Below are positions 28,870 to 37,990 of a DNA stretch of 64,000 bases, one piece after another. Each line of letters opens with the position of its first letter. Within the stretch, counting starts at the first letter, position 1. This stretch comes from a phage: the sequence record NC_104726.1; one strand, written 5' to 3'. Below the pieces are notes generated by a model. The model ran no database searches. It was not told the origin of the DNA and was given only the letters and a program-made list of their open reading frames with translations. A program made the translations under genes and the position numbers.

Positions 28870-31800
28870 TTAGTCGTGAGACTCGTTCCAAGGTCCTTGG
28901 AAACTAGAGTTAGAACGGCTTACCACAACAGTAGGACAGGATATTGCGACCCCTGTTACAGAAGACGTTGACCATGGTGTGTAGATTTCAACAACAATAT
29001 CTATGGTTTGTTCACCAAGACCCGTTATCCCTACCGCACACATGCCGTTGTTGTCGTTTCCGTACTTCTTACCTGCAAGGATTTGATGTCCGGCTATCCA
29101 AACGTTAAGCTGGGAGCTGGCAAGAGTACCATTCAGTTTAAAGAAGAATGTTACGTTCTTACCCTGACCTGAAACGTTATCTACGTATCTCCACCTCCAA
29201 CGGCAAACCCTTTGCCGGGAGTTATATACTGGAGCACAATCTCCGTAAGTCCTGTGTGCAACAATTGCACCTTCGAACTGGTTAGCGCGGATAACAGAAG
29301 CTTCTACACGACCACGGAAGGTACCTCCGGTTGCATCTATGGTGCCTCTAAAGCTACCATTATTGGCATAAACATCCCCACGGAAGGTACCACTAGTGGC
29401 GTTAACTGCCCCTGTGAAGTTACCAGAACTGGCGTTGATGTTGCCTTTCACCCACACATCCATAAATTGGGCGTGCCCGTTCTTGTTAATATACCAACCG
29501 TATTTATGGTACCCGTTGCCATCGTAGTTGTTTGACGAAATTTCTTGTGCGATCTTGGCAGAGGAGATCGTGCCATTCTCTATAAAAGCGTCTTTCAAGA
29601 ACGCTTGGTTGTTCTTGATTGCGAAAGCAAGGGTTGCTGTTCCATTTCCGGGGTTGTATACCGCAAAATTGTTTGCACTAACCATGAAGTAGGATTGAAC
29701 TTGGCCCCCAGACCCTTCCATCCCCAGCTGGATACCTGCAACATATTTATTCCCTGCGGAGTCTACCTGAATCTTAGCTCCCCACTGAGCATCTATTTTA
29801 CCCTCAAGTGTTGTTACAGCTTTAGAGGTATTAGATACTGTAGCCCTGAGCTCATCAATATTACCCATTTCGTCAACAATTTCTTGTTTTGCAGAGGTAA
29901 GTTCTTGACGGATCGCTGTGGCTGTATTATTAACAAGATCAACTGTTGTACTATTAGTTTCTTGAATAGATGCTTGCAGATTGGCAACCTCTTTCTGCAC
30001 ATCATCTTCCAGCTTGGTGATCTTCCCTGTAGCTGCCACCAGATCCTGCTTAATAGCTTCCGTTGTCTTATTTAGCAGATCGGTTGTTGCCTTGTTGGTT
30101 TCTTGAATAGAGGAGTTAAGTTTGCTCTCAGTGTTCTTCAACTCTTCCCGCAGAGTACCTTGAGTTGCAGTTATTTGCTCACTCAATGCTTGAGTTTTAC
30201 GATTAACAAGATCAACGGTTGATCTATTTGTTGTCTCGATTAGTGACCCAAGCCTACCAGACTCTGCTGCAAGTTTATCGTCAAAGGATTGCTGAGCTGC
30301 TACCAGCTTACTGTTAAGGGCAGAAATTTCTCCATTAACCCCTGTAAATTTTTCTGTCGTCTCTCTGACAACACCCTCTATTGTATCCCCAAGCTCTTCA
30401 AAAATGCTAGTAACACGGTCATTGACTGCACCAACATTTTTATCCATTTCCTTGACTGCATTATCAAGATTGGCGGTAAGCTCTTTATAAGTCTCTGTCT
30501 TTTTGAACTCCGCATCAATCTGTGGCATAAGATCTTCTATGGATGTGTAACAGTGGGCTGCACACTCCACAAAAGCAGATGAACCAAAAGCATTTGTTGT
30601 CCTGATATACCAATAATAAACCTTATCGTTCTGCAGACCTTCAGATGTCCAAGTTGAACCAACACCCATACGGGTGGCGTTTGAAGTAACGGTTGCATCA
30701 CTGGTGTCGGGCAACCTTGTCATACCGGATGTCCAAAAGTCATACTGGGTGCTAACACTTGCTAAATCCCTACTATGCGGAATCAAGGTGATAGCAAAGT
30801 ATCCTTGCTTAACCTCTACAGAAACCGGAGCTTCAGGTGCCTGAATGTTAAACTCACAGTACGCTTCTGGAGATACACCACCTTTATAAGATGTTGCAAC
30901 CACGGTTGCTGTGTATGACCCTTTGGTCAAACCTTCTACTCTGACAAACTGCTCAACTGTCTGTGCTGTCCAAACAATCTCTCCGTTCTTTCTTACCTGC
31001 ACAATATTTTGAGCGTAAGTCCCAACGTTGTCCCAGGCCAAAACACCGTGAGTTACTTCCCCAGCTTGGAGAACGGAGTATCTGAAGTTTTGCGGCTGAG
31101 CTACACCGGACGGGGATATCGGAATATCTACATCGCCGGAATCCGGAAGTTGCCCTGTGGCATCATTCCACTCTTTAGCATCTTGACGAAGTTTTACCTT
31201 GACACCACCCTTTTTGGTAAACTCCCATTCAAGAACTCTCATTTCTTGGCCCACTATACCAATACTTGGGAGGTCCATTGTAACATAACGGCCAGGCTTA
31301 AATTTAAAACCTCGCATATTGCAGGTGACTTCAATAATCCTGCCAGCTCTAGCACGTCTTAGGAAGATTGCAGAAACACGCTGAGCTTGATAAGGACTGG
31401 TAACAAAGCGATAGTCTATATCGATTATCTTTCTTTCTCCATCCTTCTCTATCCACTCTGGGACAAACACTGATGGAAAATCTGTTTCAGAATACCCTTT
31501 GGTAGGACTGGTGAATCTGCCAGTTATTGTGTTGGATCTTTTGTCAAATGAGGCTTCCGGATAGATCTTGACCTCACCACAGACACAATCCTCACTTAGT
31601 GTCATTGTTGCCGGGCCATAGTATGCACCAACCAGCAAACCATACTTACCAGCTACATAGCTGAGATCTGCACCACAAGCTTTCAGCATTTCTGCCATAA
31701 TGCTTGCTGGGGCCTCATCCATGTCAAACTCACCGTTAATGGTGTAACGTCGCTCACTGGTTCCGTCAGCGTTTTTTACCGCCTCGTCGCATATGTTGGC

Positions 31801-32469
31801 AGCCTCCTTGAAGGACTCCCAGTTAATGGTTTCGTCAGGACATTTAAGGTACGTTCTTAAATAGTCTAGGATCACCAAGGCCGCGTTATTGGTATACACC
31901 TCTTTACTGATACGAGGATCATAGCATTTTTTACCAACCTTGACAAGTGTAACGTTTGGCAACCCAAAAGGAAACTTGTTAGGGTCAAACCTGAAGCTGG
32001 CACGTAGCCAACTGATCCCTCTACCTATCATGTCAGGTGACCATGATGGGCAGTGTGTACCCATGAAAGGATCAGATGTTTTTCTGTCGTTATGTAGCTC
32101 CCACGATACCAGATCTCCATACGAGGAAATAGGATTACCGTCGATAAGTATATCTTCTATACCTTCCAGAGGGTGATTGGCAAGAACAATAGCACAATGG
32201 AGGGTTCTGTCGCTATCCTGCTCCAAAAACGCAAGCAATCCAGATGTGCGTGTCTTTCCATACACTACAGAGCAAGGTGCAGCAGAAGATCTGAGAAGCT
32301 TTTGTCTATCTTGCTGACTTCTGTAAGATTTGTTGCCCTCAAAAATCTTATCCAGAGTTCTGGTGGTAACAGTGTTCAGGCTGTCAGCCAGAGCTGCCTT
32401 GGATGCGTTCCAGTCATAACTTGAAGATCTTGCAGAAGCAACGATGTTATCAATCATTGCAATTGGCAT
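28870..32469 (-). CDS. host-specificity / central tail fibre protein, lambda J-like (1199 aa)
   Basis: Segments NKYVAGIQLGMEGSGGQVQSYFMVSANNFAVYNPGNG and FN3-like APEAPVSVEVKQGYFAITLIPH parallel lambda J; long coiled-coil and C-terminal Gly-rich repeats. Confidence 0.7.
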   Translation of the reverse strand: MPIAMIDNIVASARSSSYDWNASKAALADSLNTVTTRTLDKIFEGNKSYRSQQDRQKLLRSSAAPCSVVYGKTRTSGLLAFLEQDSDRTLHCAIVLANHPLEGIEDILIDGNPISSYGDLVSWELHNDRKTSDPFMGTHCPSWSPDMIGRGISWLRASFRFDPNKFPFGLPNVTLVKVGKKCYDPRISKEVYTNNAALVILDYLRTYLKCPDETINWESFKEAANICDEAVKNADGTSERRYTINGEFDMDEAPASIMAEMLKACGADLSYVAGKYGLLVGAYYGPATMTLSEDCVCGEVKIYPEASFDKRSNTITGRFTSPTKGYSETDFPSVFVPEWIEKDGERKIIDIDYRFVTSPYQAQRVSAIFLRRARAGRIIEVTCNMRGFKFKPGRYVTMDLPSIGIVGQEMRVLEWEFTKKGGVKVKLRQDAKEWNDATGQLPDSGDVDIPISPSGVAQPQNFRYSVLQAGEVTHGVLAWDNVGTYAQNIVQVRKNGEIVWTAQTVEQFVRVEGLTKGSYTATVVATSYKGGVSPEAYCEFNIQAPEAPVSVEVKQGYFAITLIPHSRDLASVSTQYDFWTSGMTRLPDTSDATVTSNATRMGVGSTWTSEGLQNDKVYYWYIRTTNAFGSSAFVECAAHCYTSIEDLMPQIDAEFKKTETYKELTANLDNAVKEMDKNVGAVNDRVTSIFEELGDTIEGVVRETTEKFTGVNGEISALNSKLVAAQQSFDDKLAAESGRLGSLIETTNRSTVDLVNRKTQALSEQITATQGTLREELKNTESKLNSSIQETNKATTDLLNKTTEAIKQDLVAATGKITKLEDDVQKEVANLQASIQETNSTTVDLVNNTATAIRQELTSAKQEIVDEMGNIDELRATVSNTSKAVTTLEGKIDAQWGAKIQVDSAGNKYVAGIQLGMEGSGGQVQSYFMVSANNFAVYNPGNGTATLAFAIKNNQAFLKDAFIENGTISSAKIAQEISSNNYDGNGYHKYGWYINKNGHAQFMDVWVKGNINASSGNFTGAVNATSGTFRGDVYANNGSFRGTIDATGGTFRGRVEASVIRANQFEGAIVAHRTYGDCAPVYNSRQRVCRWRWRYVDNVSGQGKNVTFFFKLNGTLASSQLNVWIAGHQILAGKKYGNDNNGMCAVGITGLGEQTIDIVVEIYTPWSTSSVTGVAISCPTVVVSRSNSSFQGPWNESHD

Positions 32470-32894
32470 TAATACCTCCAGACATCAACAACGATAGAAT
32501 CTTTCATATCGAACATAAAGACCCCTTTATCACCTTTCGCCCAAATCTGGTTGTTCCAGAACACACCAGCGGTGAGCCCGTTCAGACCATCGAAGATAAC
32601 AATATCGCCACGCTGAACCTGTTTAGGAGTATCTAGTCGAGTCATAAAGAGATCAAAAATAGTAGGCAGGTGTGTGGTTTTGAAACGGAGCATGCACCAT
32701 CTTTTGCTTTCCAACTCTGTTTTATACGTTCCTTCGAAGTTAGAAAGAAAATCTGTTCCGTATTGGGCATCAACACACTTAGCTGCAAAGGTGCAGCAAT
32801 CGTGGAATCCCCATTCAAAAGGTATGGTGGCCTCTTCGTCAAACACTTTCCACAATCTTTCTTGCCAATCCACTAAACGAGGGTGTGTGCTCAT
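32469..32894 (-). CDS. NlpC/P60-like tail assembly protein (lambda K-like), ~141 aa
   Basis: WGFHDCCTF Cys motif and GDIVIF; ATG at 32892-32894 with GGGAGG upstream (track start is a TTG). Confidence 0.4.
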   Translation of the reverse strand: MSTHPRLVDWQERLWKVFDEEATIPFEWGFHDCCTFAAKCVDAQYGTDFLSNFEGTYKTELESKRWCMLRFKTTHLPTIFDLFMTRLDTPKQVQRGDIVIFDGLNGLTAGVFWNNQIWAKGDKGVFMFDMKDSIVVDVWRY

Positions 32895-33445
32895 TAAACC
32901 TCCCAAATGATCGGGCGGCTCGCCACCTGATCCACATATTTAAAAAATCTGTCATTATCGTTTCTTGAGCTGTGGCTTTCCTCCGTGTACCGATAAGGAA
33001 AACCTCTTAACCAACTGTTGAAGATGGAAGAGATGGATATGGACAAAGCACTGTTCTCACCTGTCTGAATAGCCATATCTGTTATAAGGCCGTCAAACAA
33101 GCCATTAGTTGTAACAGGCAGACCATTCTCCATAGCGGTAATATACAACGTGGCACGACAACCAGAATACTCCGTCTTCAGTAGATCACCAACATACTTA
33201 GGATCAAACCCGTTCAATGTTGCTACCACAGATCCGAAGTTGGTGGCATCTTTCTCAGACACAGCAGTTAATGTTGCTGATCCACCTATCCCTATAAAAT
33301 GTTGCCCCTCAATTACTACAACACCAGTGCCTGAGCACACCCTGACAGTTCCTGTCGGTAGCTCCAGCTTTGCAGCAATTAAGATCTCAACACCATCAAG
33401 CTCCAGCTTTTCAAGAAATAAATTATCTAATGGCGCTCTGATCAT
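32894..33445 (-). CDS. tail tip protein (lambda L-like / GTA g13-like), ~183 aa
   Basis: Position in an M-L-K-J-like order; ATG at 33443-33445 with GAGGA upstream (track start is a TTG). Confidence 0.35.
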   Translation of the reverse strand: MIRAPLDNLFLEKLELDGVEILIAAKLELPTGTVRVCSGTGVVVIEGQHFIGIGGSATLTAVSEKDATNFGSVVATLNGFDPKYVGDLLKTEYSGCRATLYITAMENGLPVTTNGLFDGLITDMAIQTGENSALSISISSIFNSWLRGFPYRYTEESHSSRNDNDRFFKYVDQVASRPIIWEV

Positions 33446-33446
33446 C

Positions 33447-34037
33447 TTAGAAATCCTCAAAGAAGGTGATAACTATATTATCACCTTTTTGCATAGCATC
33501 GACTTTTTGCTTAATTTTATAAATATCTCTGATATGAAACCTACCCTTTGGGGATTGAGTTATTATCTTCATAGTATCCCCTGCGGCAATAGGTTTTCTA
33601 AGTCTTGGAGATATGCTTATAACAGCAGACCCAACACCATCGCTGCGCACTGGAGCTGTTACCACTTTCAACTCATCATTGACAGATATTTTATCCCCAG
33701 CTCTGGCTATGTCTCTGTTTGGCTCCCACCCAACCGTCTTCAAAAAATCGTCGTTACCAGTAGGCCCAAGGGCGATTGGCTCATTAGCTGTAACTGAGTG
33801 ACCGTAAGTTTTAATAAGAAAGATGTTTCCATCTTTATACACCTGATCAACAAAGCTCTTAAGCTCTAGCAACTGTGACTCGCTGATATTGGAAACCGTC
33901 AAAGTGCCTTTCCAGTTAGGTGTGGCATAGGTTACTTTTTGCGTTTTACCTGTAAACGGACTTTTAAACGTAACAATATCTGCCAGCAGCTCCAATCTAA
34001 TATCTGGAAGGTATCTAGGCCTTTCCCATAAAAACAT
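33447..34037 (-). CDS. distal tail protein (lambda M-like / GTA g12-like), 196 aa
   Basis: Position upstream of L/K/J-like genes; ATG 34035-34037. Confidence 0.35.
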   Translation of the reverse strand: MFLWERPRYLPDIRLELLADIVTFKSPFTGKTQKVTYATPNWKGTLTVSNISESQLLELKSFVDQVYKDGNIFLIKTYGHSVTANEPIALGPTGNDDFLKTVGWEPNRDIARAGDKISVNDELKVVTAPVRSDGVGSAVISISPRLRKPIAAGDTMKIITQSPKGRFHIRDIYKIKQKVDAMQKGDNIVITFFEDF

Positions 34038-34109
34038 TGTGCCTCCAGGTTAAACAATCATGATAGTTATTTTACCAGATTTTAAGTTAATACGCAATAC
34101 AAACAAAAA

Positions 34110-34129
34110 GCCCCCGCCGAAGCGAGGGC
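34110..34129 (-). terminator. imperfect hairpin GCCCCCGC-CGAA-GCGAGGGC with T-run on minus strand
   Basis: Downstream of tailspike gene 34137-37955; minus strand continues TTTTTGTTTG. Confidence 0.4.
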
Positions 34130-34136
34130 AAAACAG

Positions 34137-37100
34137 TTACTTCAGTTTCTCTTGCAACCCAGTAACAACCTCTGTCAATTTTTTAACCTGCTCCTCAAGG
34201 GCGGTTATTTTATCGTCCTGTTCCCTGCAAACCTGGACAAGCAAGCCTGTTACGGCTGCGTAATCCACGCTATAGAATCTTTCCTCTGTTATCAAAGGAG
34301 TTCCATCTTGATCAGAGTTTGGGATTTCCTTTCTTTGCACGAAAGAGCTAACTGCTTCCGGCAGCGCTTCAAGCACTTCTTGTGCTATAACACCTGCATA
34401 AGGCATACCGTTCTCTTTAAGAGTGTAAGTATAACCCTTCATCTTCCGGATAGCTTCTAACGCATCAGGAATAACAGCTATGTTGTCTTTCAGGTCTCTG
34501 TCAGAGCTCTGATTGACAGATGTGCAATTCACTGCACCGTTTACAGAAAGATATCTTGATTTATCCGGCAAGGTACCGCAATGCCATACCCAATTTGCTT
34601 GAGACTCGTCAAGAACCTTAAACTCTAACACGTTTGGACGAGCCCCTGTGCTGCCGTTACCCCAATAATGCATATGGGCGGCATTAGCAGGCATGTTGCC
34701 ACCGTTATTAGTAACATGGCTTCCAGAAATATACACCTTTAACTCTGGGGTAGGTATTTCCCCTTCTGGGGTTGTTCCTCCATACCTGAAGCTAACACCA
34801 TTACCACCTGTTTGGGTCCACGGTCCCCAAGTGAAGACCTGTTTCACCATATTCCCATAACGTGTAAATCTATCGCCATGATAGGTAATATACTCTTGAA
34901 CACACCCATTACCATTATTGGCGTTATTTTGCAACACAATAAGTGTTCCGGCCTCATTTACGGGATAATGACGATCATATGTTGCATCATTATTTGCAGG
35001 CTGATGGTAAATACCTTCCCACAATCCGTGATAGGTGTTAAGGTCTGAAGTACCAAGACCCTGACCCCTGTGTTGCATAGCCTTATTCCAGGGATGGTGA
35101 TTACCACCTTCTATAGACCTGGTATACAAGTTACTTTGTCTGCCAGCAATCTGGAAAGCGTAGTTTCCAGAGAATCCTACAGATAAACCGCCTACAACCA
35201 TGGTATCTTGTGGGCCGTTAACATTACCAGCTATTATTTTTGACGGGTTGTTAGGCCCAAACTGGTTGTTCCAGTCTGCACCCGTGTGGCATACAAAACC
35301 ACCAGGAGCTGAGAAAGTGCCATCTTTGTTGAAATTGTAGAACTTATGAGCTGTACCTACAACATCGCGAACGATAACTTGACCAGCTTCCGGAGTAGAT
35401 CTGAACTCTGCCTGGCCTTGCAGTCTTGCACCATTACCACATTTAGAGGTAAAGGTGTTGTTGATCAGATCCTCTGTTCCTTCCGATGCAGCTTGGAACC
35501 CTGCGTTAGAGAACAGTGCTTTTCTAGTGGTCTGACTGCCAGGACAAATGTAGTCAATACCGTCTGCCCATAGCTCGACTTTTGGCATATTCATTTTGCT
35601 CATCACAGCATAGCGTTCAGCAGTGCCTATATAGTGCCACTGTGTGCCGCCACCAGTGTAGAACCCTGAAGTCCCTTTGAAGTCAACAATAGGTCTGGTG
35701 TTGGTATTATTATCTCCAAGAACAGCAAGATTCAAATCTGCTGACTGGAGAGGTGCAACGAACTTAACACCGTCCTGATTGTCTGTTACAGAGCCAACCT
35801 GGTAATCTTGCTCCCTGGTAAACACCTCGACAACATTTCTACTTGCGTATATGCTGACAGGGAAAGCACGCGCCTCTGCATAGAAAGCAACATATTCTTG
35901 TTTACCCCTTGTTGGAGCAACCATCCCAAGAAGTGCTTTTTCATTCTGGTAGAAATTTACTACCCCGTAGAAAGAGTCTCCTCTGTTTGTCCAACCACCA
36001 GTTCTATAGTGACACTGTAAGGTCGCACAGTTCATAGGGTCATTTCCAGATGAAGACCTGGTGACTATAGTAATATCTGTACCTGTCGAAGGGGCGTAAT
36101 ACGGATCTGTTCTAACGATGATTGGGTAGTATTTCCCATCTTCCATCCCTGCGGTTCTTGGCAGTGTTAAGAAGTCTTTTACACCTGCTGCTATAGGAAC
36201 TTTGAACAGATTCTGAGCGTCTGCTAAAGTTGTAGCCCCAGTGCCACCTGCGGCTTGAGGTAGAGGTTCCCACTTGGCCTTCCGGTTGTTATAAACACCC
36301 CATTCAAGCGTTCCTTCACCTTGCTCGTCCATACCGCCATCCCAGACAACCATCTTGGCGGCTTTCTTGGACCCCCAGAAACCTCTTTCTGCCCCTGAAC
36401 TACGGATCCACTCTCCAAGTCCCCAGTTTGCCAGCTGACCGTTCAGATCACCAACCTGCATATATTTAGGACAATCTAAGACCCCATCCTCACGGAAGCC
36501 TAAATAGCTATGAGTTTCAGATCCTTTTGCGCCTTTGTGCAGGTGGATTGTCAACCAAGCCTTATTGTCGTTTCTTACCTCAGAGTAGATCCTATACCCA
36601 TGCTCAAGGACACCGTCAGCGCCGTATTTATCCCCATGGAGAATACCTGATGGAGACTTAACCTCAGAAGTGCTTTGAGATAGGTAAAGGTTCCCGAAGG
36701 TAGGGGTATTTCTAGACCCGAGACCGATGTGCGATCTAAAGGTATCATCGTTACGAGGTCTGACCATCGGCTGCCATGCAGTCCACTGATTTGTGTTGGC
36801 CTGATAGGTTCTCAAATACCAAACATCTACGTTAGAGAATGGATAGTATTCCTGACGACAACCTGTACCGCCGTTAGCATTGTTCTGCCAGACAATCAAG
36901 TGACCAGCACCAGAACCTGCAGGGTAACCATTTGCCTCAGTTGCATAAGCAGTCATCGGCTGGTAGTATACACCATCCTGATTACCAGTCAAGTTATTGA
37001 TATTGAAATTTGGCTCAAGGGCTGCACGTTGCTTATAGAAAGCACCGATATTGATACGGACCCCAGCGGCATCTCTAGCCCCTGTGCCGCCTTGCTCTAT

Positions 37101-37955
37101 AGCAAGAGGTTGCCACGAAGCTGTTTGTTGGTTCCACATACCCCAACGGCCTGTTGCATCAAGCTGCAAGTACCCTGCCGTATTTAAATCATCTCCAGCA
37201 CGGATAACTGTTCTTGTTGGGTTGTTTGCCTCTAGGCGTTTAAATTCATCACGAAGTGCTATTCTTTTCGTTGTTGCTACACCGTTGGTTACTGCAATGG
37301 TGTACATGGCTCCGGTGGTAGCGCCACGGAAAATACCATCAACAGTTGTAGTATCACGACGAGATACCACACCGTTCAGAAATTTTTCACCAGCTGCTAC
37401 AGAAGGGTAGTTGGTAGTTCTTCCCTCTTCAATAACTGCAGGGCCAACAAAGTTATCAAGGTGAATAACATCGCCTACAGTGTGCACTGTACCAAAATCT
37501 ACACGCTGTGCAAGTGCTTTGGCATCGTTAGCTGTCTGAACAGTAACATCCATTACATCCTGGACAGACTGCCCTTCGGCTGTCATGATCATAGATGCGC
37601 CAATGGTAGATTCCAGCTCCTCCCTTAAGGACGGGTCAGTATATACCATCCATGCAGCATCAGTGATCCCACCATCGGAGTACGGTGAAGACAGTGCAGG
37701 AACAGTGTGCGGAAATTCGCCTTTCCAACGTAGGTAGAGGTCTTCCTCTTCGAAGTAGGCAAAATCCATTGGGCCGTTTAACTTACCACCTTCCTTAAAG
37801 GAGATTACATGAGAAACAGTCCCATCCACATGGACAACATCGCCAATTTTTACACGACGGGTCAGGTCTGGTTGTTGAACAACCAGGTAATCATCCTCTG
37901 TCACTGCGGTAGTGGCAGGAAGAGATTCAATTCTGACAACTTTAATATCAGCCAT
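34137..37955 (-). CDS. tailspike / tail fibre with C-terminal intramolecular chaperone (peptidase S74-like) domain, 1272 aa
   Basis: C-terminal SDRDLKDNIAVIPDALEAIRKMKGYTYTL...GVIAQEV matches the auto-cleaving chaperone domain of endosialidase/T5 L-shaped-fibre type proteins; N-terminal domain shared with gene 40590-41258. Confidence 0.6.
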   Translation of the reverse strand: MADIKVVRIESLPATTAVTEDDYLVVQQPDLTRRVKIGDVVHVDGTVSHVISFKEGGKLNGPMDFAYFEEEDLYLRWKGEFPHTVPALSSPYSDGGITDAAWMVYTDPSLREELESTIGASMIMTAEGQSVQDVMDVTVQTANDAKALAQRVDFGTVHTVGDVIHLDNFVGPAVIEEGRTTNYPSVAAGEKFLNGVVSRRDTTTVDGIFRGATTGAMYTIAVTNGVATTKRIALRDEFKRLEANNPTRTVIRAGDDLNTAGYLQLDATGRWGMWNQQTASWQPLAIEQGGTGARDAAGVRINIGAFYKQRAALEPNFNINNLTGNQDGVYYQPMTAYATEANGYPAGSGAGHLIVWQNNANGGTGCRQEYYPFSNVDVWYLRTYQANTNQWTAWQPMVRPRNDDTFRSHIGLGSRNTPTFGNLYLSQSTSEVKSPSGILHGDKYGADGVLEHGYRIYSEVRNDNKAWLTIHLHKGAKGSETHSYLGFREDGVLDCPKYMQVGDLNGQLANWGLGEWIRSSGAERGFWGSKKAAKMVVWDGGMDEQGEGTLEWGVYNNRKAKWEPLPQAAGGTGATTLADAQNLFKVPIAAGVKDFLTLPRTAGMEDGKYYPIIVRTDPYYAPSTGTDITIVTRSSSGNDPMNCATLQCHYRTGGWTNRGDSFYGVVNFYQNEKALLGMVAPTRGKQEYVAFYAEARAFPVSIYASRNVVEVFTREQDYQVGSVTDNQDGVKFVAPLQSADLNLAVLGDNNTNTRPIVDFKGTSGFYTGGGTQWHYIGTAERYAVMSKMNMPKVELWADGIDYICPGSQTTRKALFSNAGFQAASEGTEDLINNTFTSKCGNGARLQGQAEFRSTPEAGQVIVRDVVGTAHKFYNFNKDGTFSAPGGFVCHTGADWNNQFGPNNPSKIIAGNVNGPQDTMVVGGLSVGFSGNYAFQIAGRQSNLYTRSIEGGNHHPWNKAMQHRGQGLGTSDLNTYHGLWEGIYHQPANNDATYDRHYPVNEAGTLIVLQNNANNGNGCVQEYITYHGDRFTRYGNMVKQVFTWGPWTQTGGNGVSFRYGGTTPEGEIPTPELKVYISGSHVTNNGGNMPANAAHMHYWGNGSTGARPNVLEFKVLDESQANWVWHCGTLPDKSRYLSVNGAVNCTSVNQSSDRDLKDNIAVIPDALEAIRKMKGYTYTLKENGMPYAGVIAQEVLEALPEAVSSFVQRKEIPNSDQDGTPLITEERFYSVDYAAVTGLLVQVCREQDDKITALEEQVKKLTEVVTGLQEKLK

Positions 37956-37990
37956 TCTTTCTCCTGAAAGGGGGCAAACAGCCCCCTATG

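Noticed and set aside
37969-37987. Hairpin AGGGGGC-AAACA-GCCCCCT between the two tailspike genes as a terminator
   Set aside because: No T-run follows on the transcribed strand and the next gene's ribosome-binding site is immediately adjacent; more likely a stability or coupling element.
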